DNA of 64,000 nt from Chlorokybus atmophyticus (lineage: Eukaryota; Plantae; Mesostigma and Chlorokybus algae): the NCBI GenBank assembly GCA_009103225.1, contig RHPI01002990.1, positions 250,223 to 314,222 of the forward strand. The letters run 5' to 3'. Position numbers and translations under genes: made by a program. The notes beneath the pieces are model-generated. The model was not told where the DNA came from. It was given only the letters and a program-made list of their open reading frames with translations, and did not search any database. Numbering within the stretch: the first letter of the stretch is position 1; every line of letters starts with the position of its first letter. Shown here in pieces: positions 52,931-64,000 of the stretch.

Positions 52931-54218
52931 AGCGCAACACTGCGTCCCTTGTAATTCAAATGCTGGCTGCGTGATAACTGAGTTGCCGTGTGCGTGAACA
53001 AGGCCTGAGATTGGGTCAGTGCTGTTGGTGCCACTGCCCTGGAGGCCATGTTGGTTATCATGTTGTATGCGGCTGGCTGCATAGCATGCTGCAGTAATGC
53101 CTATGAAAGTGTACAAAAGCTGCAAGGGGCATTATTACTTTGTCCATAAGTGCACTGCCACTTGAATCACAAGCTGCAAGTTGTAATGCATTCTAGCAAA
53201 GCTGAGTACATGTAACCACTAGCAGTACAGTGCCACCATTTTGTAGCTGATTCGGATGTGCGCATGGTAGTAGCGAACGTAAATGACATGGCCTGATGCT
53301 TGTACAGTGATGGGGTTGAGGAAGCGGGCTGAGTGGGGTTGGCTATGGTTGTGTATAAAGTATGCAGTGCGGAATTATGCTTATGCTTGTGTCTAATTTC
53401 TGTGCATGTTGATGAACAAGCTCTGTTCCAAGATGTGGTATTATGGCATCATGTTGCATGGCGTCACCTCACGCGCATTGTACAAACACATTTGCAGAAT
53501 GTTCAAGGAAGACATGCGGGGAGCATCGCGAGTGCCCACATGGTGCATTAGCACGGTGTTTTCACAACACCACCTATACTGTAAACCTTGTCACTACCAC
53601 TGTGCTGCTCTGCCACTACCCTTCTGTGCTTCCTCTACCACTAACTTGCTGAGCAAGCTCATCGTGCTAATGCATCACTAACATGCTGTGAGGGGTAAGA
53701 CTGCACAGTTTGAGTGTCCATGCACAGAGCCGCTGCAACCTTAGAAGTTCAGTCTCAAGCCCTGGAGGCCGCAGTTGGAAGTTGCCCACACAGCAACTTG
53801 CTAATTGTGGCGTCGCCATAACAAGTGATGATGGGGTTGTTGGCGTGGTAGGGTTGGCTATGGGGGCTGATGTGTGTGCGGACTTGGTTCACCATGGATG
53901 GCGGTGACTGTGTTGACTTGACACATAGCATAGCGTAACATACTTGAGGTCTTGGGCCAGCCCAATTGCTTGTTGCACGCATGGCATTGCACAAGCACCC
54001 CCTTGTGATCTTATGTGACTTGTGATGTGTTCACTATGCTATACCCTATGTGCTAGTAGGTAGCTTTATGTGTGTAAGGACACGTTTAACCATGGATGCT
54101 AATGAGTGTTCATGTGTGAGTTAAGTGCAACATACTCAAAGCCGCAGGCTGCGGTGTTCGCCCTAAGTTGCGCCAATTTGTTTGCTTGTTGCGCGCATAG
54201 CAAATGCGCTAACTCTCC

Positions 54219-54222
<4 letters not shown>

Positions 54223-54260
<38 letters not shown>
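54223..54260. repeat. (TA)n microsatellite
   Basis: Directly visible. Confidence 0.95.
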
Positions 54261-54261
<1 letters not shown>

Positions 54262-56642
54262 GATAGTCAATGTAGAGTAACATGTTACATGTTGTGCGCA
54301 TAGCATATGCATCAACACTCTCTTGTACACAAAAGTAGTACATGGCAGACATGCAATGATATAGCATCATTGCTATGCACAGTGTGCCATAATATAAAAG
54401 CTAATAGCTAATAGCTAATAGCTAGCATGCGCGCCTCACACCAAGTATCAAGGAATTAGTCAACCATCAATTGATAATCGACGCAATTACTTGGAAGCAA
54501 TTGTGTAATGTCGATCGCAAATACATGTGGTTTATTGTTAATTTGCAAAGCCGTATCTCATTCATCGCGCTTTGCCACAAAAGTCAGCGTGAGGTTTGCC
54601 TTTTTACAACTGGGAAGCATTGGACTGCAAAAGCCGCATATGTCATAGCTATATGCTCCATTCAACAGCTCGCGCGCCTTTAAATACGCAACCACAATGC
54701 AACTCGTGGTGGGTTTCGAGCAAAGCAACCATAAAAATGTTGACCTCATGCAGCGCGGTGATATTTAGCGTGTTCACGATGCTCTGCGCGGTTGGTTTTG
54801 CATGCTACCCTTGGGAAGCACGTGGCAAAGCTTCTTGGAGTTGTCATCATCACCGTCGTCATTGTGTGCATTGTGATACAGCAAGTGCGCAATACATGCA
54901 AAACTCTCCCTTAATAGTTCACTAAAAGTTTCCACTCTAGCTTGAGCTTAGCTTCCCTCCGATCAACAGCGCGCTGAAGATCGACCTCCCTCTGATCAGT
55001 AGCACGCTAAAACTCAGGCTCTCCAAGGTTCAACAGCGACATGCCAATTATGGTGCCCCTTCAACGTCGCGGGCCTATTGAAAACATGCATCTACAAAGC
55101 TCAAATTGCTCGCCGATCAATATTTTTAACCTCCCATGTTATATTACACTTGCTAATGAACGCGTGTGCGTGTATGCGCATGCTTGCATGTAAGCTGCAC
55201 TGCTGCTAGAAGTGCATATGCATGACTTGCGGATTTTGATACACGTAGATGCATGCAATCACATCACAACAAGCGTCGCTGCTGTTAGTGCTAGATTGCT
55301 GATTGTGTCAGCTCTCAACTTGACCTCACTCTATGCAAAACCACAAAATGCACATGCACATTAGGGACCACCTTCACACAATGAACCGTCTACCATGGCA
55401 AGGTGCTCCACCATAACACAGAATAGTGGGCCTTGAACAAACCGCAACACACCATTAAAGAATCCTGGATCCAGCATGGTGTATATTTGCGCCATTGTTT
55501 CCGTAAAGTCGACATGTTCGTTACAGTGAGTGGTGAAATAAATGCCCTTATTGCACTCATATTGATATTGATGCATTAGTATTGTGAGATAGCTATTGTG
55601 GCACCGAACGTCTATAACAGGAACATTGCATGATATGTTTTAACACAATAGCTAATCTTTGCGTTGAAAAAGCGGTAACGTTAAGTCAACATAGCATACA
55701 ACTGTAATGCAATAATTGTCTATTCATCTAAAGCTGCGCCCAATTTGTATGTTAACCCTTGATATGTTGCATTTCCTTAAGAGTGACAGATGCTCATGCA
55801 TGTGACGCAGTTAATATGCAACGATGCTAGGTTTGCTTGCACCATCCACAAGAAAAGCAAAAATGCTTGTCATTTCTGTTGTGCATGGTGCTGATGGGTA
55901 AGTGCAGACTGTTCATACGTAATTGACGGATAGACTACAATTATTGTTGCTCATCTCACATCAGTCATCAAGCTCCCCCCCCACTTCCTGATCTCCGGCT
56001 ACCCAGGCTCCGTGGCCGGCTGCTTGTGTGGGGCCCCACACATGCACAGTACAACATAGTACTTGGCGTCGTCAATACTGTGCATTAAACCACAGAATGT
56101 TCCGACAGCCATGCCGTCCTGTCAAAAATCATATCAAATGCAAGTCGTCGAGGAAATCTTGAAAGAGTTGTTTCAAACAACTCCCTCCCTGCCAAGTTGG
56201 CAGGGACTCATACTCGTGCTGATCAGCAATTGTTTTTGCAACACGTTACATACAACATAGAAGTTGTGCATTAAAGTATTGTTCAACATGCCTTAGTGTG
56301 ACAAGGTTATAGCATAATGAAATGCAGGGCTTGCGGTACAAGCACATAGCATGCCACACCACAGCACACGTTGCATGCGTAATGCGTACACTGAAATATA
56401 GTTACATCGTCGAGGTGAAGTCATTTGCAAATTGGAGTTCACACAGTGTGTGATGTAAAGTGTTAAAAGCGACGTATTAATCAATAGGGGTGGCCGGGCT
56501 GCCCTTACTGACTATTGAGTATCCAATCCAATGCAGACGCTTAAATAAGTGTCGCATCTTAAAAGATTTATTATATAACGATATCATACGATTGCAAGTA
56601 TAATACTACCATATGTTGCACACTTTTTACCAATCTTGTTTA

Positions 56643-56677
56643 TCTATCAAGCGCATTTTCAAAATGCGCTTGATAGA
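56643..56677. repeat. Perfect 17-bp inverted repeat with 1-nt centre
   Basis: TCTATCAAGCGCATTTT-C-AAAATGCGCTTGATAGA. Confidence 0.95.
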
Positions 56678-57861
56678 CACAACGTATCTCATCTCGCACC
56701 AACCTAGCCATTTTATCATCATTAACAAATGGTAATCACATTTCATGTTTTTATTGTAACATGAATTTATATTCAGTCCTCAACCATCCGCCTTTTGCTA
56801 ATGTAATTTGGTGGAACACCCTCATTTGATAACACCTCATACCGGTAACCGTACGTTTACACGCTATGAATTATCTATGTAATATTAATAATTAATAGTT
56901 TTAATAAGCTGATTTTAGAAATGTACATAATATACGCATTAATTATACGTTACAAGTACTGACTCCCATGCATGGTTGTACATATATTTAATCATTTTAA
57001 ATTGTACAATAGTAACCTGTTGAAATAGCTGACTTACATTAATGGTTATTGTTGATTTGTGCTGGTGTTGTATGTGAGCCACGGGTAGACGGCTTGGTCA
57101 CTACAGTAGAGAGTGGCCGGCCCACTAATTGGTTGGCAATAGCAACGGCGCTGCGGGGCTATCCGTTTGTGTCAGTGTGCATAGTGTGAGCTGTCGATAC
57201 TGCTAAAATATATATGGCTTGGTCGCCGCAGTAGGGAGTGGCTGGCCCACCCTTAATGGTTGATGATAACGACGGCGCTACATGCTGCTTGCTTGTGAAG
57301 TGCTTGTGTATTTTTGCGTGCTTGGTTTCGCATTGGACATGCTAAGTGGTCTATGCAGTAAACGTATCCAAACGCCCATATATACAATATATATATGTTT
57401 AAAGTGAGAGACAAATATTAAGTGAAATCATCAAGACTCTCATAAATTTACATCCGTCACGGAAATCAACGCAATTAACGTCTTAACATTAATGCCTTGC
57501 ACACGTTGGTTATTGGGGTATAGTCAGCATTTACAAGTTGGTGCACATGTACTTGATCGTTATAAAAATCACGCTTACGTTGCTCATGTTGTTATAATCA
57601 GCATTGTACTATAAATGTATTACAATAACCATGATTGTTGCATTATTGATTGTCGGCGACATCAAACAAGCACACCAATTGCACGACACAACTTGGATAT
57701 ACAAAGTGGCAATGCAAGTCTGAACTGAAACAATAACACATGAACACATGATAACACATGAACATACAGGCAAGGCTTCAATGTTGATCTATTTGAAGTT
57801 GCAGCAGGCGGTGTCTGTTGCCACGTAGGAAATGCTGGCAGTCCACGTGGACACTGCAAAC

Positions 57862-60726
57862 ATGGCGGCGGCGGCGGCGGCGGCGGCCGCGAGGTCGGTG
57901 CTGCGACGCAGCTTCTCCACCGCCACCTCCGCAGCTTCTGCCGCCGCCCCTGCCGCCAGCACCACCAAGCGCATGAACCTCTTCACTGCCATTAACAACG
58001 CCCTGCACACAACGCTCGCCAAGTGAGTGTGAGAGGGGACACACACACACACCAACACACACATTGGTATATTTACTTTGTCTCGATTGCTTAGTATACC
58101 ACTAGACAGAATGTCACATGCTTGCGCACAGCGTGTCGCTATATTATCAGGTGCATTTTCCATTGCACATACGCAATCTAGATGTGTGCAGCGGTTGTGT
58201 GCACATGACAATCATGTGTTTGCACACCGATTGGGTCACACTGACACACGAGTGGAGGATGCTATGATACAAGTAATTCTGAGACACGCAGCACGCGCAT
58301 TGAAGGTTACACTGCAACAACAGGGACCCCAGCGCTGTTGTGTTTGGCGAGGACGTGGCTTTTGGCGGGGTGTTTCGATGCACACAGGTGCGCTCTATCC
58401 TGCATGAACGTTACAATCATGAGTGTCACAATCCAAGTCTTTCGCAATGACTGTCGCTGCCGCAAATAGGACACGCACACACCCGCACCACCCGCACGCC
58501 CACGCTTAAGCGCACTTGCACGCAGGAAGCGAATCATTGCGCATACGCAAGCGCATGATTACACACATGCGCACAGGCGCTTGTTTGCACAAACAATGAT
58601 CCACTAACGCCCACGCACACGTGCATGCTCGTGTATGCGGGCGCATACACACGTATGCGCACACGCCTACACACGCAGGGACTGAAGGAGGCGTTTGGGC
58701 CTGAGCGCGTGTTCAACACGCCGCTCTCCGAGCAAGGCATCGTTGGCTTCGCCATTGGTTACGCTGCCATGGGCGCCACTGCCGTTGCAGAAGTTCAGGT
58801 GAGTGAGGTTGTTGTGTCAACATGTTGGACATTAGCTTCACACCGCTCCCTCTGTGCAGTTTGCAGACTACATCTTCCCGGCTTTCGACCAATTCGTCAA
58901 CGAGGCTGCCAAGTTCCGATATCGCAGCGGTGGCGAGTTCGATTGCGGAGGTAAAGCCAACATAATAATAGCAGAGAGAAAGCGCACACACACATGCGCG
59001 CATGCACAGACAGAGACACACGCGCACGCACGCACGCACGAACGCGCGCCCGCATGCACGCACGCGCATATGCGCACAGGTAGGGAGACACGCGTGCACA
59101 AGCATACAAGCACGCACATGTTTGCGCACATGAGAAGGACACCCTTCCACGCACATGTGCAGGTGCACGCGTGTGCATAGATACACACGCACACGCACCC
59201 ACACAGAGGCATGAGGTTACACTCGCAAGCATGTACGCACGTGCACACCCACGTATACATCCAGGCTCACTCACCACCCCATCTCCGTGCTTCAAACAAC
59301 AACACCCCATCTCTCCCATCCAGGTCTGACCGTCCGCGCCCCCTACGGCGCCGTCGGCCACGGCGGCCACTACCACTCCCAATCTCCCGAGGCCTTTTTC
59401 ACCCACGTCCCGGGTCTCAAAGTCGTCATCCCTCGCTCCCCCTCGCAAGCCAAGGGTCTCCTCCTGTCCTGTATCAGAGACCCCAACCCGACGCTGTTCC
59501 TGGAACCCAAGTGGCTGTACCGGTCGGCCGTGGAGGAAGTGAGGGAAGAGGAGTATGGGATTGAGTTGGGGAGGGCGGACGTGGTCAGGGAAGGGAGGGA
59601 TGTCACGGTGGTGGGGTATGGAGCGCAGATGGGGGTGATTGAGAGGGCGGCGGTCGCGGCGGCGCAGGTGAGTGGGGGTGGGGTGNNNNNNNNNNNNNNN
59701 NNNNNNNNNNNNNNNNNNNNNNNNNNNNNNNNNNNNNNNNNNNNNNNNNNNNNNNNNNNNNNNNNNNNNNNNNNNNNNNNNNNNNNNNNNNNNNNNNNNN
59801 NNNNNNNNNNNNNNNNNNNNNNNNNNNNNNNNNNNNNNNNNNNNNNNNNNNNNNNNNNNNNNNNNNNNNNNNNNNNNNNNNNNNNNNNNNNNNNNNNNNN
59901 NNNNNNNNNNNNNNNNNNNNNNTTGTGTGGTCACTTACCCAAGGCAGCAGCGTCCTCAGGTCAATCACCTCACACTCCACACCCTCCTGCACACACACAC
60001 ACACACACACACACACCCCTCTGTTGCGCCCCACGTCATACCCGCACCCGCACACGCGCACGTGCATGCAGACGCACGCTCATGCACGCACACATGTACC
60101 TGCAATCACGTGCTTGGACGCACACACATGCGCGCATGTGCAAGCACTACACCCGCCCGCAAGACAGCCTCTACAAGCATTATGGACGCCTTGAGGGCCT
60201 TTGTGTTAGTTTGCAGTTGACTGATGGCGCTTGCTGTTGTTGTTCTGCTGCAGGATGTGGCTACAGTTGAGCAGTCCGTGAACAAAACAGGGCGGCTGGT
60301 GGTAAGTGCGTTGCGTGCGTTACAGTTTTCGCGCGCTCGTGCGTGTGTTCATCAATGCTGACATCTATCAACTCGTTTGCACATTCCCACACAACAAACA
60401 ATGTTGCACCTATACACTTTTGCAGATCAGCCATGAAGCGCCACTCACCAGCGGCTTTGGTGCCGAAATTGCCGCCACAATCACCGAGCGGTGCTTCCTA
60501 AGGGTATCGATGTTACCTGTGCCATCTCCTGCTGAGCTGTTGTGATGATATGAACCCACATCAATGTTTATGTTGATTAAAACTGCTGCCTTTCTTCCTG
60601 CAGTTGGAGGCACCCATCCTGAGGGTTTGCGGGCTCGACACGCCTTTCCCACTCGTGTTTGAGAAGGTTTATGTGCCAGATGAGATCAAAGTATTGGATG
60701 CCATCCATCGAACAGTCAAATTCTAG
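57862..60726 (+). CDS. BCKDHB: Branched-chain 2-oxo acid dehydrogenase E1 beta subunit, mitochondrial; multi-exon
   Basis: Presequence, then [15 protein letters not shown]; [16 protein letters not shown]; [27 protein letters not shown]; [31 protein letters not shown]; [22 protein letters not shown]; [15 protein letters not shown]; [12 protein letters not shown]. Confidence 0.98.
59686..59922. other. Assembly gap (N run) inside a BCKDHB intron
   Basis: Run of N after a GT donor; any small exon inside it cannot be seen. Confidence 0.97.
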
Positions 60727-60892
60727 ACCTTGCTACAGGCATGATGATGTAGTTGAATTGCAATGATAGGCGTGACCCTTAACACAGTGCCCATGAGTAT
60801 GCAAGCACAGCTATGTGTGTGCGCACTTTCTGTCCAAAAACAAGTCAACTTTCGTGCACAGTATCGAAGCGAAGGGAGGCTCTCAGTTGGCT

Positions 60893-62008
60893 TTATTTGC
60901 CCTGGTTGATAAGTGTAGCAGCGTCTTCAAACTCGCTCAAAATCTTGTCCTTAAGCTTCTTGGGCACCTATCATAGACACAATGAGCCAACATTTTGCAG
61001 CAATGTAGACCATAAGAGCAATCAAAACATCATAACGGAGTAACAATCAACCATACCGGTGCGAGGCCTTTGAAGGAAAAGTGACCATTGAGTGCGTCAA
61101 GTGCAGTGTACATCTTTGCCGAAGACTTGCGCACAGGGATGTCCTTCGTGCGATACCTTGCCACATACTACACAGGAACGGATAGTGCAACTCAAATCAC
61201 AAGCATTTGGCTCATAATCAACTAGTACAGGCCACATCACACATGTACAATAAATTTGAATGATTACTATCATAGTTGTTGTCACGCACCGAGCTGACTC
61301 GTTTCTTCAGGTCGGCGACGAGGCCGGGACGTGAAGTGTCGAAGGGGTCGAGTGCAAACTCTCTCTTGACGTCATCTATCAGCTTGAACGTCTCCTCTCT
61401 GCGATTTGATGGGATGATGGTTCACTCACAGGGCAAGCTTGCTGTGCAGGTAACCAACTCACAGGAGCTTCGCACACTTGATGCATTGACCAATACAATG
61501 CAAGCAGCTTAGATAGGCTGCACCATGCTGGTTAATAAGGTAATCGCGTACCCAGCGTGCAGTCGCATGTGACAGTATGCACAGGGTGTGTATACTAGCA
61601 TGTGTGCACGTGTGCAAGCAGGTGCCTGCGCCTGTGCGTGTGTCTGTGCGCGTGCTGGTGCCTGTGTCCACGAGTTTGTACACATGTTCGTGTGTGTGCT
61701 TGTGCTTCTGCTTGCGTTCTTGCATGTGTGCTTGCAACACTCAACTGGTACTGCTCTTGTGTGGCCACAGCAGCGAAAGCATCAACTGGTGCCACTGCTA
61801 CTGCAAGCGCCACAGCTGCAATCGCCTGTCGCCTGCAAAGTGCAGGCAGCTCCGGCGTGGATGTGGCGTTAGGCGCAGATGCCGCCTGGCATCTCACTCC
61901 TGCTCGCTTGGGCGCCGGCGCCAACGACGACGACGACGACGGCAAGGACAAGGGCGGCGACAGCCTCCAGCAGCACGACAGCGACATCGCCGCCGCCGAC
62001 GGCGACAT
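60893..62008 (-). CDS. PSB27: Psb27-family thylakoid lumen PSII assembly factor; multi-exon
   Basis: Transit peptide plus twin-Arg signal (LCRRQAIAAVALAVA...AFA); EETFKLIDDVKREFALDP...VADLKKRVSS; YVARYRTK...MYTALDALNGHFSFKGLAP; VPKKLKDKILSEFEDAATLINQGK* aligns by eye with Psb27 (WVAKYRR...YSALNAVSGHY...TAPIPAKRK.RIL.E). Confidence 0.8.
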
Positions 62009-62093
62009 CCTGGCCAACGACAACGACGACAATGGCAGCGCTTACATCTACTAGAGCATTAGGGTTAGTTGTGGCGCTGCTGCATGGGGAGGC

Positions 62094-64000
62094 ATGGCGG
62101 AGGTAGAGGAGGAGGTGGGGATGGAGGAGATGGACGATGAGGAGGAGGACGGCAGGGTGCTCTATGGCTCTGACGGCGATGGGAACAGCGACATCGGCCT
62201 CTATGCCGCTAGGTAAGGCAGGCGCTGATTGTCCCACTGTGTATGCTTTGCTGTGTGGTAATGTCTTGTTGTTTTTATGCGTGCAGTGATGAGGAAGGTG
62301 ACGACGACAACGACGGTGAGCACGATGCCCTCACCGCCTCCCTCCTCACCGCCGCTGCCTCCCCTCCCAACGACCAGCGCAGCAATGGTACGGACTTGCT
62401 GGTGGATTGCAGATGCAGCTCTCAGAGTGAACTCAGCAGCAGGTGTATTCTGTTGTGAACAGTGGGCAATGCAATACATCCTGGATGGATGCTGTAATGG
62501 GTGTAGACACGCACAATTCAACACTGTGCATGCTGTTCTTGGGCTGGCTTTACTAATGCAGTCGTATAAACATTGTTTCTTGCATTTGCTCATTCATGTT
62601 CCTTTACTAGTTCAACCATTGTTAACCATGTCGTGTGAACACTTAAGTTCATTGGTGCACCCACTTGCTTTTGTGCTCACGCACTCACAATGCCTGTCAC
62701 ACTTACTCACTCACTCACTCACTCACTTGCAATACCATTCGCACTGCAGGCAGGGGAGAAGACTGGCTGCTTCGCACTTTACGAGTAGCTCCATCCACTC
62801 CACCTTATACTCAACACGCTCTACCAGCGACAATCGCCATGAAACAACCAACTCCAGCCCACTTGCGCTTAAGCGAGAGCCGCGCGTTGTCTTTCTCTCC
62901 GGGCAGCCCGCACTCGATCGAGCTCGACAACGAGTCCGCTTTCCTCACGCCAAAGGCCGTCGCGAGGAGAGTGCTTGTCGACGAGGAGGACGCGCGCGGT
63001 CTGTTGTCGGCATCGCTCTCAACGATGTCCACATTCTGGTCCAACAACAACAACAGCAAGGGTTATGCGAATGTCAAGTATGATGCTGTGAGTAGTGCGG
63101 GTGTGAACCAAGTCAAAGCTGGCAGTGGCCTGCCCTCGCCTGAGCCTCCTGCGCCTTCAGCGGAAGTAAGCGCCCGGGGCACGCAAGTACAGACGCATGC
63201 ACGCACGCATGCACACGCCCACACACATGCACCCACACACAAGCGCACACGCGCGCATGTGGGCACACACATTCTCTTGTTGGGTAAGTGGGTGTGCGTT
63301 GAAGTCTTGTGTGTGCGCGCACGCACGTGCGCACGCATTGATATATATGTTGCGTGTATAGGTTGTGTAAGTGCCCTACTGTCAATGTGTGCACATGCGC
63401 CGTCTCTTGCAGAGCTCAGCAATCATGCGTAACAATGCCGTGTCGAGGGCGAAGCACGTGAAGGCGTTGGACGACCTTCGCGCGTACTACGAGGCCGAGC
63501 TGGCCAAAGAGCGGGAGCGCTTTGCAAGGTCGTGCGCATGCACGTTTTAGTACAACATTCAAGTTAGATATACCAGCAGCATTTTGCCATCACAGGAGTG
63601 CTAGTACTGGCGAGCCGTCGAGCGCACGAGAGGTGGTTGAGTTACGCAGACGGTATGCAGCGTGCTACGTCTTGTTATGTCTTGATCATTCAGTTCATGT
63701 GCGTGTATGCACATGTGTAAGTGTGTCCGTGCACGCGCCACCGTGTGCATGTGCATGATTGGGTGTGCATACAGGTTGGCGGATGCGCTTCAGGCTGTCA
63801 AAGCCGCGGAGCAAGATCGCTTACGCCTGATGACAACTCATGAAGGCCAGGTGGACTTGCAATGCATAAAACAATTTGGTGACGTGCATCTCAGCACATA
63901 CAAGTCGACCCTAACAGTCGCCAACAACCTTGTCATTGACAGTTGGCTAGCCTGCATGAGGCTGTTGCTGTGGCTAATGCGCGCGCAGATGAGAGCGCAG
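62094..64000 (+). CDS. Acidic/low-complexity N-terminus plus coiled-coil protein, 3' truncated by window end; possibly MPHOSPH9-like
   Basis: MAEVEEEVGMEEMDDEEEDGRVLYG...; in-phase exons; RAKHVKALDDLRAYYEAELAKERERFA. Confidence 0.6.

Noticed and set aside
54950-55045. 33-bp spaced repeats as a CRISPR-like array
   Set aside because: Only 2-3 degenerate units, no unique spacers, eukaryotic context and no cas genes

Overview
Eukaryotic nuclear DNA from a photosynthetic green-lineage organism. The evidence is spliceosomal GT-AG introns, plastid and mitochondrial targeting peptides, CRD1 and Psb27, and AAACCCTAA telo-boxes. Intron style and telo-boxes suggest an early-diverging streptophyte or similar alga, but this is inference and the species cannot be established. 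About 13 intron-containing genes, mostly in tight head-to-head pairs: a secreted heparinase II/III (PL35-like) lyase, DDB1 / DEK-C+SWIB protein, an NTPase_1 (THEP1-like), two-lipoyl PDC E2 / plastid NAD(P)-binding protein, CRD1, an 11.5-kb gene for a giant Pro-rich, Ig-like, multi-pass membrane protein, RPL27A / RPLP1, BCKDH E1-beta, and Psb27 / a truncated coiled-coil gene. Three AT-richer intergenic islands (about 5-9, 34-37.5 and 54-57.7 kb) hold MITE-like elements, palindromes and decayed sequence. There is a ~0.96-kb tandem duplication and four N gaps. The most striking item is the giant membrane protein. A predicted cadherin-like beta-sandwich appears split by a ~480-aa insert of acidic DY repeats and extensin-like SPn repeats ending in RRRRLL, suggesting a cleavable, wall-tethered sensor. 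Exon boundaries were read by eye and family calls come from remembered motifs, not searches.
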